From: an uncultured Solirubrobacterales bacterium
GTDB taxonomy: Bacteria; Actinomycetota; Thermoleophilia; Solirubrobacterales; Solirubrobacteraceae
NCBI GenBank assembly: GCA_963751195.1
Contig: CAVVTQ010000002.1
Span: 74,423-138,422 of the forward strand
DNA length: 64,000 nucleotides
Direction of reading: 5' to 3'
Positions 37,281-47,235 of the stretch are shown here, one piece after another. Position 1 is the first letter of the stretch. Every line of letters begins with the position of its first letter. The notes under the pieces are model-generated. The model had not been told where the DNA came from. It worked only from the letters and a program-made list of their open reading frames with translations, and made no database searches. The translations under genes were made by a program, and so were the position numbers.

Positions 37281-38924
37281 ATGGGCAGCGGTAAACGAGG
37301 GGTGGTGGCGGCCGGTCATCCGCTGACCGCGCAGGCGGGCGCCCGCGTGCTGCGCGAAGGGGGCAACGCCGTGGACGCCGCGGTGGGGGCGATGCTGGTG
37401 TCGTTCGTGGCCGAGCCGCTGCTGACGGGCCTGGGGGCGGGGGGCTACCTGATGGTCGCCGGCGGCGGGTGGGAGCCGGCGCTGCTCGACTTCTTCGTGG
37501 AGGCCCCCGCGCGCGCCACCGACGGCTCGGCCGCCGAGCTGCGCGCGATCGACGTGTCCTTCGGCGACGCCGCGCAGGTGTTCCACATCGGGCCCGCTTC
37601 CTGCGGGGTGTACGGGACGCCCGCGGGCGTGTGCGAGGCCGTCGCGCGCTGGGGCACGGTGGCACTCGCGGAGCTCGCCGCCCCCGCCGCGGCCCTGGCG
37701 CGCGCCGGCGTGGCGCTCAACGCGGGGCAGGCCTACGTGGCAGAGATCCTTGCCGAGCTGTTGCTCTCTACGCCAGAGTGCGCCGCGCTGTGGGCGCCCG
37801 CTGGGCACGTGCTGCGCGAGGGGGAGGTGCTGCACAACCCGGAACTGGGCGGCGCGCTCGAGCGTCTGGGCGCCGAGGGTGCGGGGCCTTTCTATGCGGG
37901 CGACATCGCCGCCGCCGTGAGCGGCTGGCTGGGCGAGCGCGGCGGCTCGCTCACCAGCGAGGCGCTGGCCTCCTACCGGGCGCGGTTGCGCACGCCAGTA
38001 CGGGTGGGCTACCGCGACCGGGAGGTGCTGACCAACCCGCCGCCCTCGGCGGGGGGTACGCTGCTGGCCTACGCGCTCGGCCTGCTCGACCGTCGGCCCG
38101 GTCCGCCCGCGCTCGACGACATCGTCGCGGCGATGGCCGCCGCCCAGGGCGAGCGCACCCCGGCATTCCTCGATGGCCTCGTCGAGGACGGCTTCTTGGA
38201 GCGGTTCCTGGGCGAGCGCCTGGGGGTGGAGGGAGCAGCGGGCACAAGTAGAGGCGGTGCGAGCGGTCGTCCGGGCACAGCCGGCGGAGCGGGGGGTGGC
38301 GGTGGAGCGTACGGCACGGCCGGTCGAGCGGGGGGTGGCAGTGGAGCGGACGGAACGGCAGATCGAGCTGAAGGGGCGGCCCGCAACCTGGGCGCGACCA
38401 CCCACATCTCCGTACTCGACGGCCACGGCCGCGCGTGCAGCGTCACCTGCACCAACGGCGAGGGCTCGGGGGTGGTGGTGCCCGGAACCGGCATCCACGT
38501 CAACAACATCATGGGCGAGCAGGACCTCAACCCGCTGGGCTTCCACCGCCACCCGGCCGGCCGGCGGATGCCGAGCATGATGGCGCCCTCGGTGGTGACC
38601 CGCGCGGGTGAGGTCGAGCTGGTGCTGGGATCCGCCGGCTCCAACCGCATCCGTTCGGCGCTGCTGCAAACGATCGTCGGGGTCGTGGACCACGGCATGA
38701 GCGCCGCCGAGGCGGTGGGCGCCCCGCGCGTGCACTACGAGGAGGGGGTCCTCTACGCCGAGCCGGGGATCCCGCGGCGGGCGCTGGCGGCGCCGGGCCG
38801 CGAGGTGGTCGCCTTCCACGCGCTCAACCTCTTCTTCGGCGGCGTCCAGGCCGTCCAGCGGCGCGACGGCGAGCTGCTCGGTGCGGGCGACCCCCGTCGC
38901 GGCGGGGTGGCGGTGTGGGCGTGA
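37281..38924 (+). CDS. gamma-glutamyltransferase family protein
   Basis: GGNAVDAAV, GLGAGG, nucleophile TTHISVLD, PSMMAP, GSAGSNRI and GDPRRGG motifs. Confidence 0.9.
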   Translation: MGSGKRGVVAAGHPLTAQAGARVLREGGNAVDAAVGAMLVSFVAEPLLTGLGAGGYLMVAGGGWEPALLDFFVEAPARATDGSAAELRAIDVSFGDAAQVFHIGPASCGVYGTPAGVCEAVARWGTVALAELAAPAAALARAGVALNAGQAYVAEILAELLLSTPECAALWAPAGHVLREGEVLHNPELGGALERLGAEGAGPFYAGDIAAAVSGWLGERGGSLTSEALASYRARLRTPVRVGYRDREVLTNPPPSAGGTLLAYALGLLDRRPGPPALDDIVAAMAAAQGERTPAFLDGLVEDGFLERFLGERLGVEGAAGTSRGGASGRPGTAGGAGGGGGAYGTAGRAGGGSGADGTADRAEGAARNLGATTHISVLDGHGRACSVTCTNGEGSGVVVPGTGIHVNNIMGEQDLNPLGFHRHPAGRRMPSMMAPSVVTRAGEVELVLGSAGSNRIRSALLQTIVGVVDHGMSAAEAVGAPRVHYEEGVLYAEPGIPRRALAAPGREVVAFHALNLFFGGVQAVQRRDGELLGAGDPRRGGVAVWA

Positions 38925-39025
38925 GTAGGAGAGGTGGAACGCGTGGGCGCGAGGAGGAGGAGGCTCGTGTGTGCGCGGAGGAGGAGGGATGTGGCTCGTG
39001 TGTACGTGCGGAGGAGGAGGCTCGC

Positions 39026-39463
39026 ATGGCGGTAAGGAGCGCGGTAGTGGCGCTCGCAGTGGCCGTAGTGCTCGCCTGGGCGGCGGCCCTAGCCATGGCG
39101 GGCTGCGGCGAGAGCGTCGAACTCCCCGACTTGTTCGTGGTCACGCGCACGGGAGGTGGGGAAAAGCTGACCGTACGGATCAACGAAGGCGGCACGGTGC
39201 ACTGCAACGGCGGCCCTGCCCACCAGTTGAGCGATCCCCAGCTGATCCAGGCCCGGGGCGTCACCGAAGAACTCCAGACCCCTTCCTCCAAGCACCTCTC
39301 GCTGCCGCCCCGCCCGGGATCCGTGTTCCGCTACCGCGTACGCGACGCCGAAGGCACGGCGCGCTTCGCCGACAACTCCGCCCACCAACCCTCCGCTCTG
39401 CACCACCTGCAGTACCTCGTGCTGGAAGTGGCACAGCGGGTGTGTGGGCTGCCGGCGGGGTGA
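39026..39463 (+). CDS. hypothetical lipoprotein (frame is also open from GTG 38921)
   Basis: Lipobox MAGC-G and a strong RBS. Confidence 0.7.
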   Translation: MAVRSAVVALAVAVVLAWAAALAMAGCGESVELPDLFVVTRTGGGEKLTVRINEGGTVHCNGGPAHQLSDPQLIQARGVTEELQTPSSKHLSLPPRPGSVFRYRVRDAEGTARFADNSAHQPSALHHLQYLVLEVAQRVCGLPAG

Positions 39464-39487
39464 GGACGCCCGTGGTGCGGGTCCTGC

Positions 39488-39547
39488 TGGACGATCGGCG
39501 GCGGGTGACGGACGATCGGCGGCGGGTGACGGACGACAGGCGGCGGT
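39488..39547. repeat. 21-bp tandem repeat, about 3 copies
   Basis: GGACGATCGGCGGCGGGTGAC units. Confidence 0.85.
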
Positions 39548-39587
39548 CTGCGTGGCTGGATCGCGGTGAGCCTCGCGGCTCTGCCGC

Positions 39588-40214
39588 CTACCCGAAGCGC
39601 ACCTTCCCGTTGGAGCGCGCGTGCGCCTGGGCGCGCTCGACGAGCTCCATCCGCTTGATCGCGGCACGGAACAGCATCGTCAGCAGGCGTAGGCGGGCGT
39701 TCTCCGAGCGCAGCTCCAGCAGCTCCTGCTTGGCGTCGGCGCCGAACTCCACGGTGGCGGCCATGCGGTAGGCGTTGAGAGCCTCGATCTCCTCCTCCGA
39801 GAGGGCGTTGTCGGTCGCCTGCTCCACCAGCTCGGCATACAGCTGGCGGGTGGCGCTCACGACCTCGGGGTCGGCCGGCTCGTCGTGCTCACCGAGGAAC
39901 TCCACCACGCCCGCGGGGTAGGGCAGGTCGTCCTGGCGCTCCACGAGCCGAAACGGCCGGGTGCCGCGCGCGAGGATGTTCATGCGCCCGTCCTCCAGGC
40001 GCTCCAGCACCGTCTCGACGGTACACGCGCAGCCGACTGGCTTGAGCTCGTCCTCCGCCATCCACAGGATCCCGAACTCGCGCTGCTCCTCGAGGCACTG
40101 CTCGATCATCATGCGGTAACGGTCCTCGAAGATGTGCAGCGGCACGTTCTCGGTAGGCAGTGCCACGATGCCGAGCGGGAACAGCGGGAAGTCGCGGTGC
40201 AGTCGCTCCGTCAT
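39588..40214 (-). CDS. LON peptidase substrate-binding domain protein
   Basis: PLFPL..PLHIFEDRY, GRMNI..GTRPF and KQELLE motifs. Confidence 0.9.
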   Translation of the reverse strand: MTERLHRDFPLFPLGIVALPTENVPLHIFEDRYRMMIEQCLEEQREFGILWMAEDELKPVGCACTVETVLERLEDGRMNILARGTRPFRLVERQDDLPYPAGVVEFLGEHDEPADPEVVSATRQLYAELVEQATDNALSEEEIEALNAYRMAATVEFGADAKQELLELRSENARLRLLTMLFRAAIKRMELVERAQAHARSNGKVRFG

Positions 40215-40279
40215 AGGCAGAGTCTAAGGGGGTGAACCGTCAGCTGCGTGCGAACCGGGGTCTGTAACGACCGGTACCA

Positions 40280-40355
40280 CCCCGGTGCGCCGGGGAGCTC
40301 GGACTCCGGTGCGCCGGGGAGCTCGGGACCTGCCCTCGGCGCCCGGAGCTCGGCC
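40280..40355. repeat. 24-bp tandem repeat x2 plus a degenerate copy
   Basis: CCGGTGCGCCGGGGAGCTCGG units. Confidence 0.8.
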
Positions 40356-40370
40356 CTGCTTGCCCGTAGC

Positions 40371-41310
40371 TCAGCGGCCCTTGCGCGCGGAGAGCATCAG
40401 GTTGTAGAAGATCGCGGCGGGCAGCCGCGGCTCCAGCAGCCGACGGTCGAGCTCCTGCAGCACCAGGTAGCCTCGGTAGGCGTACTGGCGCCACGCCCAC
40501 GGCACGTCGGCCGGCTCGGCGGTCGCCTCCAGCGTGCGGTTGGTCCAGCCAAACCAGTTGGCCAGCAGCTCCTCACCACTCACGCGCACCCGCTCCAGCC
40601 CGGCACCGCACGCGAGCTCGCGCAGTTCGCCGGGGACGAACGCGTGCACGTCCACGACGCTCTCCAGCGCCTCGTCGGGGGCGCCTGCGGATCCGTTGCC
40701 AGCCCACCCCGCCGGGCGCGCGCGCAGCGCCGCCCGCCATATAGGCGCGACCGTGCCGGCGAAACGCTTGGGCACGTTCGCGATGCGGTCGCCGGCGCGG
40801 GAGGGCTCGCCGGCGAACAGCAGCGTGCCGCCGGGCGCCAGCACGCGCGCGAGCTCGCCGAAGGCGGTGGGGAGGTCGGGGATGTGGTGCAGCACGGCGT
40901 GCCCCAGCACGAGATCGAAGCTCCCGTCCTCGAACGGCAGCCGCTCGGCGTCGGCGCTCACGGTCTTCACCTTCAGCCCCAGCCGTTTGGCGTTGGCGCG
41001 AGTGTGGCGAGCATCCCAGGGGAGATGTCGGTGCAGGTGGCCTTCCCGATCAGCCCGGCGCGCATCATGTTGAGCGTGAAGTACCCCGTCCCGGCACCGA
41101 TCTCGAGCGATCGCTCGTAGTGGCCCGGGCGCTCGCCGAGCGCCTTGCGCACCTTGGCGCCCACCTGCTCCAGGCCGATGTCGCCGAAGTCGATCCCCCA
41201 CTTCGAGTCGTAGTGGTCCGCCGCCACGTCGTGGTAGCGCGTGTTGACGTCGCGGATCTCCTCGGCGGCTCAGGAAGGCGGCCGATCGGCACCGTGACTG
41301 CCGCACGGAT
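40371..41310 (-). pseudogene. class I SAM methyltransferase (Rv3038c-like), frameshifted as assembled
   Basis: YHDVAADHYDSKWGI and LEIGAGTG lie in one frame, DAERLPF..GHAVLHH in another; frame breaks near 41000 and 41272. Confidence 0.75.
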
Positions 41311-41335
41311 GCGCGGGCCCATATACTCGCGCGCG

Positions 41336-42109
41336 GTGTCGGCGTCCCTCTACGTGCAGCGCAACCAGCCCGAGGGGGTGCCTCCGCTCGCGCTGACGGG
41401 GGAGCGCACGTTGCCGGACGTGCCCGAGGAGAACTACTGGTATCGCCGTCATCTAGTCGTCTACCAGTGGATCGCCGAGCGCGTGGCCGGCCTGCGGATG
41501 ATCGACATGGCGTGTGGCGAGGGGTATGGCTCGGACGTGCTCGCCGCCAGCGCGGCGAGCGTCGTCGGGGTGGACGCCAATCCCGACGCGCACGAGCACG
41601 CGCGCATGCGCTACCGGCGCCCCAACCTGCGCTTCGAGCGCGACCTGATCGAAACGTTCACGGCGCCCGCGGACGCCGTGGTGTTCCTGCAGACGATCGA
41701 GCATCTGCAGAACCCGGGGGCGGCGCTCGATCACTTCCGTGAGCTGGTCGGCTCCGGCGGCGTGGTGTACCTGTCGACGCCCAACGTGCTCACGCTCGCG
41801 CCGAAGGGCGCGCCGCGCTCGGACAACCCGTGGCACGTGCACGAGTACCGCGTGCACGAGTTCGAGCGTCTGTGCCGCGAGCACTTCGCCTCGGTGGCGC
41901 TATTCGGCCTCTTCCATGCCCGCAAGCTGCGCGCGCACGAGCTTGCGCTGCGGCTGGGCTGGGACAGCGTGCACCCGCGGCTGGGCGTCACCGGGCGCTT
42001 CTATGACCGGTTCACCCCGGCGATCTCCACGGCCGACTTCGCGCTGCGCCCCCGCGGCCAGGCCGACCTCGACCGCGCGCTCGACTTCGTGGCGGTGTGC
42101 CGGACGTGA
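41336..42109 (+). CDS. class I SAM methyltransferase (Rv3030-like)
   Basis: LALTGERTLPDVPEENYWYRRH, ACGEGYG, LQTIEH and STPN motifs. Confidence 0.88.
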   Translation: MSASLYVQRNQPEGVPPLALTGERTLPDVPEENYWYRRHLVVYQWIAERVAGLRMIDMACGEGYGSDVLAASAASVVGVDANPDAHEHARMRYRRPNLRFERDLIETFTAPADAVVFLQTIEHLQNPGAALDHFRELVGSGGVVYLSTPNVLTLAPKGAPRSDNPWHVHEYRVHEFERLCREHFASVALFGLFHARKLRAHELALRLGWDSVHPRLGVTGRFYDRFTPAISTADFALRPRGQADLDRALDFVAVCRT

Positions 42110-42137
42110 GCTGGCTCGCGGCTGGTGGCGCGCCTTC

Positions 42138-43735
42138 GTGAGCGACTCCCGCCAGCAGCCCGCGGGCGGCGAGCGGGACCCCGTGGGTGGGTCGCACCGA
42201 CGCCGCGGTGGCAGGCGGGGCGAGCTGGCGATCGTCCTGCACACCCACATGCCCTATGTCGAGGGCTTCGGGACGTGGCCGTTCGGTGAGGAGTGGCTGT
42301 GGGAGGCGCTCGCCACCTGCTACCTGCCGCTGCTCGAGCTGCTGGAGCGCGGGGCACCGCTGACGGTGTCCCTCACCCCAGTGCTGTGTGACCAGCTCGA
42401 GGCCGCGGGCGTGGGCGAGCGCTTCGTGCGGTTCGTGGACGAACCCGCCGCCACACCCACGCCGAGGACTCTCGCGGGCTGCGCGCGGGGGGGCACGAGG
42501 CTCTGGCGCGCGAGGTGGAGCGCTCCTGGGGTGACTACGAGTGGGCGCTGGAGAGCTTTGAGCGTCGCGGTGGCGAGATCCTGAACGCGTTCGCCCCCTA
42601 CGCGCAGTGGACCTCCGCGGCGACCCACGCGGTGCTGCCGCTGTTGGCGAGCGACGCGGGGTTGCGGCTGCAGGTGCGCGGCGGCGTGGAGTCCCACCGC
42701 GCCCGCTTCGGCGGGGGGGCGTGGCGAGGGGGCTTCTGGCTGCCGGAGTGCGCCCACGCCGGTTGGCTGGAGCCCGTGCTGGCGGACGCGGGGGTGCGGA
42801 CCGTGTGCGCGGAGCTGACTGGCCGCCTCGGCCTCGGGGCGCCTGGCCACCTGCGACCCATGGTGGGGGAGTCGGGTGTGGTGCTGGTGCCGATCGATCG
42901 CGCGACGATCGCGCGGGTTTGGAGCGACGAGGGCTACCCTGCGCACGGCCGCTACCGCGACTACCACCACCACACGATCCATCACCACAATCCGTGGGCC
43001 AACGACGGCGGCGCTTACGACCACGAGCACGCGCTGAGCCTCGCGCGCGCACACGCGAAGGACTTCGTGGCGGGCGTGCGCGAGCGGCTGGAGCGCGACG
43101 GACGGGGCCTACCCGGGGGCGGCCTGGTCGTGTGCGCGCTCGACACCGAGCTGCTCGGTCACTGGTGGTATGAGGGTCTTGCGTGGCTGGGGGCGGTGGT
43201 CGAGGAGTGTGCCCGCCAGGGTCTCCCGCTGGTGCGCCTCGACGACGCGCTGGAGCGTCACGAGCCGGCGCCGCTGGGGGCCGCCCCGGCCGCGCGCGAG
43301 GGTGGGGTCCCCGTGGCCGGCGCGGCGGCGGGTCGGGCACTCGCGAACGACTCCACGGCCGGTGCGGCAGCGGCGGAGTGGGAGTGTGAGGGAGAGGGGT
43401 GGGAGGTGAGCACCTGGGGTGCGGGCGGCGACCTCTCGACCTGGTCGGGCCCGGCGGTGGCGGAGATCGCGTTCGCCACCCGCGCGGCGGAGTTGGAGGT
43501 GGTGCGCGCCGGCCACCGGGCGGGCGCCGCCGCGGTGCGCGAGCTGCTGGCGCTGCAAGCCAGCGACTGGGCTTTCATGGTGTCGCGCGGCCTCGCGGTG
43601 CCCTACGCGCACGAGCGCTTCGACGCCCACTGCCGAGGCGTCGAGCGGGCGCTCGCGGCAGGGGCGGATGCCGATCCTGGTGCGCTGCGCAACCTCGCGG
43701 CGCACGCGGCGCCGCAAACGCTGCTCGCGGCGTGA
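42138..43735 (+). pseudogene. GH57 1,4-alpha-glucan branching enzyme (Rv3031-like), one frameshift as assembled
   Basis: LHTHMPYV and GEEWL, then after a 1-bp break near 42444 THAVLPL, GFWLPECA, DTELLGHWWYEG and LQASDWAF. Confidence 0.85.
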
Positions 43736-43875
43736 CGGGTCGGCGGTGGGCGGTTCGTGTGCTTCCTTTTCGAGGCATAACCACCAACTGGGCCTGTGGG
43801 GCAGCGACCAGGTGACAGCTATGAGAGGTCAGTAGCTGGTAGGGCGTCGCAGGACAAAGCCCGGCGGGCTGAGGC

Positions 43876-44640
43876 TCACTCCCAGCGCAGCGACCGAGGC
43901 GCCTCGCGCATGCGGATAACGCGAGCGGGGATGCCGCCGACGACGGCGTTGGCGGGGACCTCCTTGGTGACCACGGCGCTGGTTCCGATCACGCTGTTGT
44001 CGCCAACCGTCACCCCGCGCAGGACGCAGGCGCCATAGCCGATCCACACGTTGTGCCCGACGCGCACGTCGCGCTTGTAGATGCCCTGCAGGCGGATCGG
44101 GCGCTCGACCTCCACGACGCCGTGGTCGAAGTCGATCAGCATCACGCGGTCGGCGACGATGCACTCGCGCCCGATCGACACATGTTGGAAGGCGGAGATC
44201 GTGCACTCCTGTCCCATCACCGTCTTCGCGCCGATCCGCACTTCGCCCTCGTGCGCGCGCAGCTTGGTGCCGTGTCCCACCCACGCCCAGCGGCCGATGT
44301 GCAGTTTGGCGTGCCTACCGATCTCCAGCTGCACGCCGGGGCAGATGAAGCAGATGCCGTCGGTCACAAGGCGCCCCCGCCAGCGCAGCTTGAGCGCCAC
44401 CAAGCGCAACAGCATGCGGGCGTAGGCGGGGGAGAGCATGTGGTTGGCGCGCATGAACCGCAGCAGTGTCAGCGGCCCGCCGCCACGCGGGGGCGGAGCT
44501 CCCCGGAGCTCGATGGGGGGCCGGGGATGTGATGGGCTGGGAGAGGGAGGGTGGGTGGGCTTCAAGTCAAAAGGGTCCGGGGAGGGGTCGCGTGTGGCGT
44601 TCCCGGGGGAAGGGTCGGTCGTCAGCTCTGGCGAGTCCAT
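43876..44640 (-). CDS. hexapeptide-repeat acyltransferase (Rv3034c-like); start may be 44454
   Basis: LRAHEG, IDFDH, VWIG..VLRGVTVG and VVGGIPARVIR motifs. Confidence 0.88.
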   Translation of the reverse strand: MDSPELTTDPSPGNATRDPSPDPFDLKPTHPPSPSPSHPRPPIELRGAPPPRGGGPLTLLRFMRANHMLSPAYARMLLRLVALKLRWRGRLVTDGICFICPGVQLEIGRHAKLHIGRWAWVGHGTKLRAHEGEVRIGAKTVMGQECTISAFQHVSIGRECIVADRVMLIDFDHGVVEVERPIRLQGIYKRDVRVGHNVWIGYGACVLRGVTVGDNSVIGTSAVVTKEVPANAVVGGIPARVIRMREAPRSLRWE

Positions 44641-44666
44641 GGGCGATCGAATCGTAGTGTCCTGCG

Positions 44667-45683
44667 ATGATTGCGCCCGTGACCACAGGCGCCTCCACGA
44701 CAACCCTCGCCCAACGCCTGCTCGCCGGCGACCGCCGCGCCCTCGCGCGCGGGATATCGCTGGTCGAGGACAACCGTGCGGAGGGCTGGCAGCTCGTGCG
44801 GGAGATCTATCCCCACACCGGCGCCGCCGCAGTGGTCGGCTTCACCGGGCCTCCCGGCGTCGGCAAGTCGACGTTGATCGGCGCGCTCACCCGCGTGCGC
44901 CGTGACGCCGGCCGCACGGTGGGGGTGCTTTCGATCGACCCCTCCTCGCCCTTCACCCACGGCGCGCTGCTCGGCGACCGCATCCGCCTCGGCGAGCACT
45001 TCCTGGACCCCGGCGTGTTCATCCGCTCGATGGCCAACCGCGGCGCGCTGGGAGGCCTCTCGGAGGCGGCGCTGCAGGCAGCGCTGCTGCTCGACGCCGC
45101 CGGACGCGAGGACGTGTTCGTCGAGACCGTGGGGGTGGGGCAGGCGGAGGTGGACATCATCGACCACGCCGACACCGTGGTGCTCGTGCTGATGCCCGGC
45201 TCAGGCGATTCGATCCAGGCGCTGAAGGCGGGGGTGATGGAGATTCCCGACGTGATCGTGATCAACAAGGCCGACCATCCGCTCACCGACACGATGGTGC
45301 GGGAGATCCGCGGGGTGTTGTCGCTGGCCAACCTCGATCGCGACGGCGCGAATGCCGCGCGCTGGCGGGTGCCGATCGTCAGGACCGAGGCCGCCCACAG
45401 CCGCGGCATCGAGGAGTTGGTGGAGCGTTTGGAGGAGCATCGTGCGCACATCCTCGACGCCGGTCAGCTCGCCGAGCGCCGCCGGCGCAACCTGCGTGGT
45501 GAGGTGCTGGCGCTGGCGAGTGCCCGGATGCGCCGTCGTCTGGAAGCCCGCCTGCACGGGGACGCCGAGCTCGAGCGGCTGCTGGATGAGGTGGTGGAGC
45601 GCCGCCTCGATCCGGCGAGCGCGGCCGCGGCGCTGCTCGCGCGGGTCGGCGTGGGCGAGGACGCTTTGGCGCCGGCCGAGTAG
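44667..45683 (+). CDS. meaB: methylmalonyl-CoA mutase-associated GTPase MeaB
   Basis: GPPGVGKST, DPSSPFTHGALLGDRIR, ETVGVGQ and NKAD motifs. Confidence 0.93.
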   Translation: MIAPVTTGASTTTLAQRLLAGDRRALARGISLVEDNRAEGWQLVREIYPHTGAAAVVGFTGPPGVGKSTLIGALTRVRRDAGRTVGVLSIDPSSPFTHGALLGDRIRLGEHFLDPGVFIRSMANRGALGGLSEAALQAALLLDAAGREDVFVETVGVGQAEVDIIDHADTVVLVLMPGSGDSIQALKAGVMEIPDVIVINKADHPLTDTMVREIRGVLSLANLDRDGANAARWRVPIVRTEAAHSRGIEELVERLEEHRAHILDAGQLAERRRRNLRGEVLALASARMRRRLEARLHGDAELERLLDEVVERRLDPASAAAALLARVGVGEDALAPAE

Positions 45684-45836
45684 TCCTGAAATCCGGGCTG
45701 GCAAACTTTCAGGCAGCGGCAACGTAGGCATCATTTTATTTGAAAGGTTCTTAAGTTCGCTGCACTTGGGAGCTGTTTGGTGTAACGTTCTGGAGGCAAA
45801 CGGAGTGGTGGGTCGGAGTGACGACCGGGAGACGCG

Positions 45837-46463
45837 ATGTCCGTGGAGAGCTTGACGGTTGTCGATGACGAGTCTGCGAACAGTTCGGGCGCTTCCGGCG
45901 ACCGGACCTGGATGCGGGGATCCTCGCCGCTGAAGGGCGCGATCCTCGGTCTCGTACTTGAGCGTCCCGGCCACGGTTACGATCTGGGCGCTCGTCTGGG
46001 CGCTCGTCTGGGCCCCTCGTGGGCGATCGACCCCAAGCGTCTCTACCGGATGCTCGACCAGCTCGAGCGTGCGGGCCTCATCTCGGGAGCGGTTGAGAGC
46101 GATCCCGAGAACCCGCGTCTGCAGCGCACCGTCTACAGCGCCACCGAGCTGGCTCCCGACGCGCTGCGGATGTGGCTGGAAACGCTCGCTCCGCGCGAGC
46201 CGACACGCGTGGAAATTCAGGCGAAGGTCGCGGCCGCGCGCGAGCAGGACGTGCCGCAGTTGCGCCAAGCGCTGCACCAGTATGAGCGCGAGTGCCTGGA
46301 GCTGCTGCGGCAAAGCTCCGGGCCGCCACTGCCGGTGCGCTCGTGGATGGGGTTGGTGATGGACATCGTGCGCGACGCCTCCGACGCGCAGCTACGCGCG
46401 GAGGTCGAGTGGGCCAAACGCACGCGACGGCGGATCGATGAACATGCCGCCCGCGTCGAGTAG
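45837..46463 (+). CDS. PadR-family transcriptional regulator
   Basis: ILGLVLERPGHGYDL, LYRMLDQLE and VYSATE..WL motifs. Confidence 0.85.
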   Translation: MSVESLTVVDDESANSSGASGDRTWMRGSSPLKGAILGLVLERPGHGYDLGARLGARLGPSWAIDPKRLYRMLDQLERAGLISGAVESDPENPRLQRTVYSATELAPDALRMWLETLAPREPTRVEIQAKVAAAREQDVPQLRQALHQYERECLELLRQSSGPPLPVRSWMGLVMDIVRDASDAQLRAEVEWAKRTRRRIDEHAARVE

Positions 46464-47235
46464 CACCGCCGCAGGCGCGCCGCTGCTCAGCTTCGAGCGG
46501 GTCAGCAAGGCCTACCCCGATGGATGCCGGCACATCCCAGTGCTCGAGCGCGTCTCCTTCGAGGTTCATCGGGGCGAGCACATCGGCATCCTCGGCTCAC
46601 GACGCACGGGTAAGTCCACGCTGTTGCGGCTGGCGGCGGGCCTCGAGCCTCCCGACGCGGGGCGGATCGCCTTCGAGGGCCACGACCTGGCACGAATGCC
46701 GGTGTTGTGGCGCGAGCGGCTGTTGCGCGACCGGATCGGGCTGCTCGCGAGCGAAGACTGGCATCCCGCCAAAGGCGAGCGGGTCGTGGATCTCGTGGCG
46801 CTGCCGCTGGTGAGCGACGGGGCCACCATGCATGAGGCACGGATCAGGGCACGCAAGACGTTGTCCTGGGCGGGCGCCACCGACTGGGCGGACGACCTTG
46901 CCGCACCGCTCGCGGTGGGGGAGCGCATGCGGGTGATGCTCGCCCGGGCGCTCGTGCGCCAGCCGCATCTGCTGCTGGTCGACGAGCCCTCGGTGGTGCC
47001 GAGCCTGGAAGAGCGCAAAGCGCTGTATGAGCTGCTGCGCACTGGCGCGCGCGAGTACAACGCGGCGCTGATCGTCGCCTCGGAGGACACCGAGGCCGGG
47101 CATGGGACCGATGTGCTGATGTCGATCGGCGGTGGCGATCTGGTGCGGGTCGGCGACGAGCCGGGGAACGTGGTGCCGTTTACGCCGCGGCACTCGCCCC
47201 GTCAGCCGGGCGGGTTGGAGCGCTCGGGGTCGTGA
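46438..47235 (+). CDS. ABC ATP-binding protein with degenerate motifs
   Basis: Walker A GSRRTGKS, signature LAVGE, LLVDEP; the H-loop His is absent (ASED). Confidence 0.85.
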   Translation: MNMPPASSSTAAGAPLLSFERVSKAYPDGCRHIPVLERVSFEVHRGEHIGILGSRRTGKSTLLRLAAGLEPPDAGRIAFEGHDLARMPVLWRERLLRDRIGLLASEDWHPAKGERVVDLVALPLVSDGATMHEARIRARKTLSWAGATDWADDLAAPLAVGERMRVMLARALVRQPHLLLVDEPSVVPSLEERKALYELLRTGAREYNAALIVASEDTEAGHGTDVLMSIGGGDLVRVGDEPGNVVPFTPRHSPRQPGGLERSGS

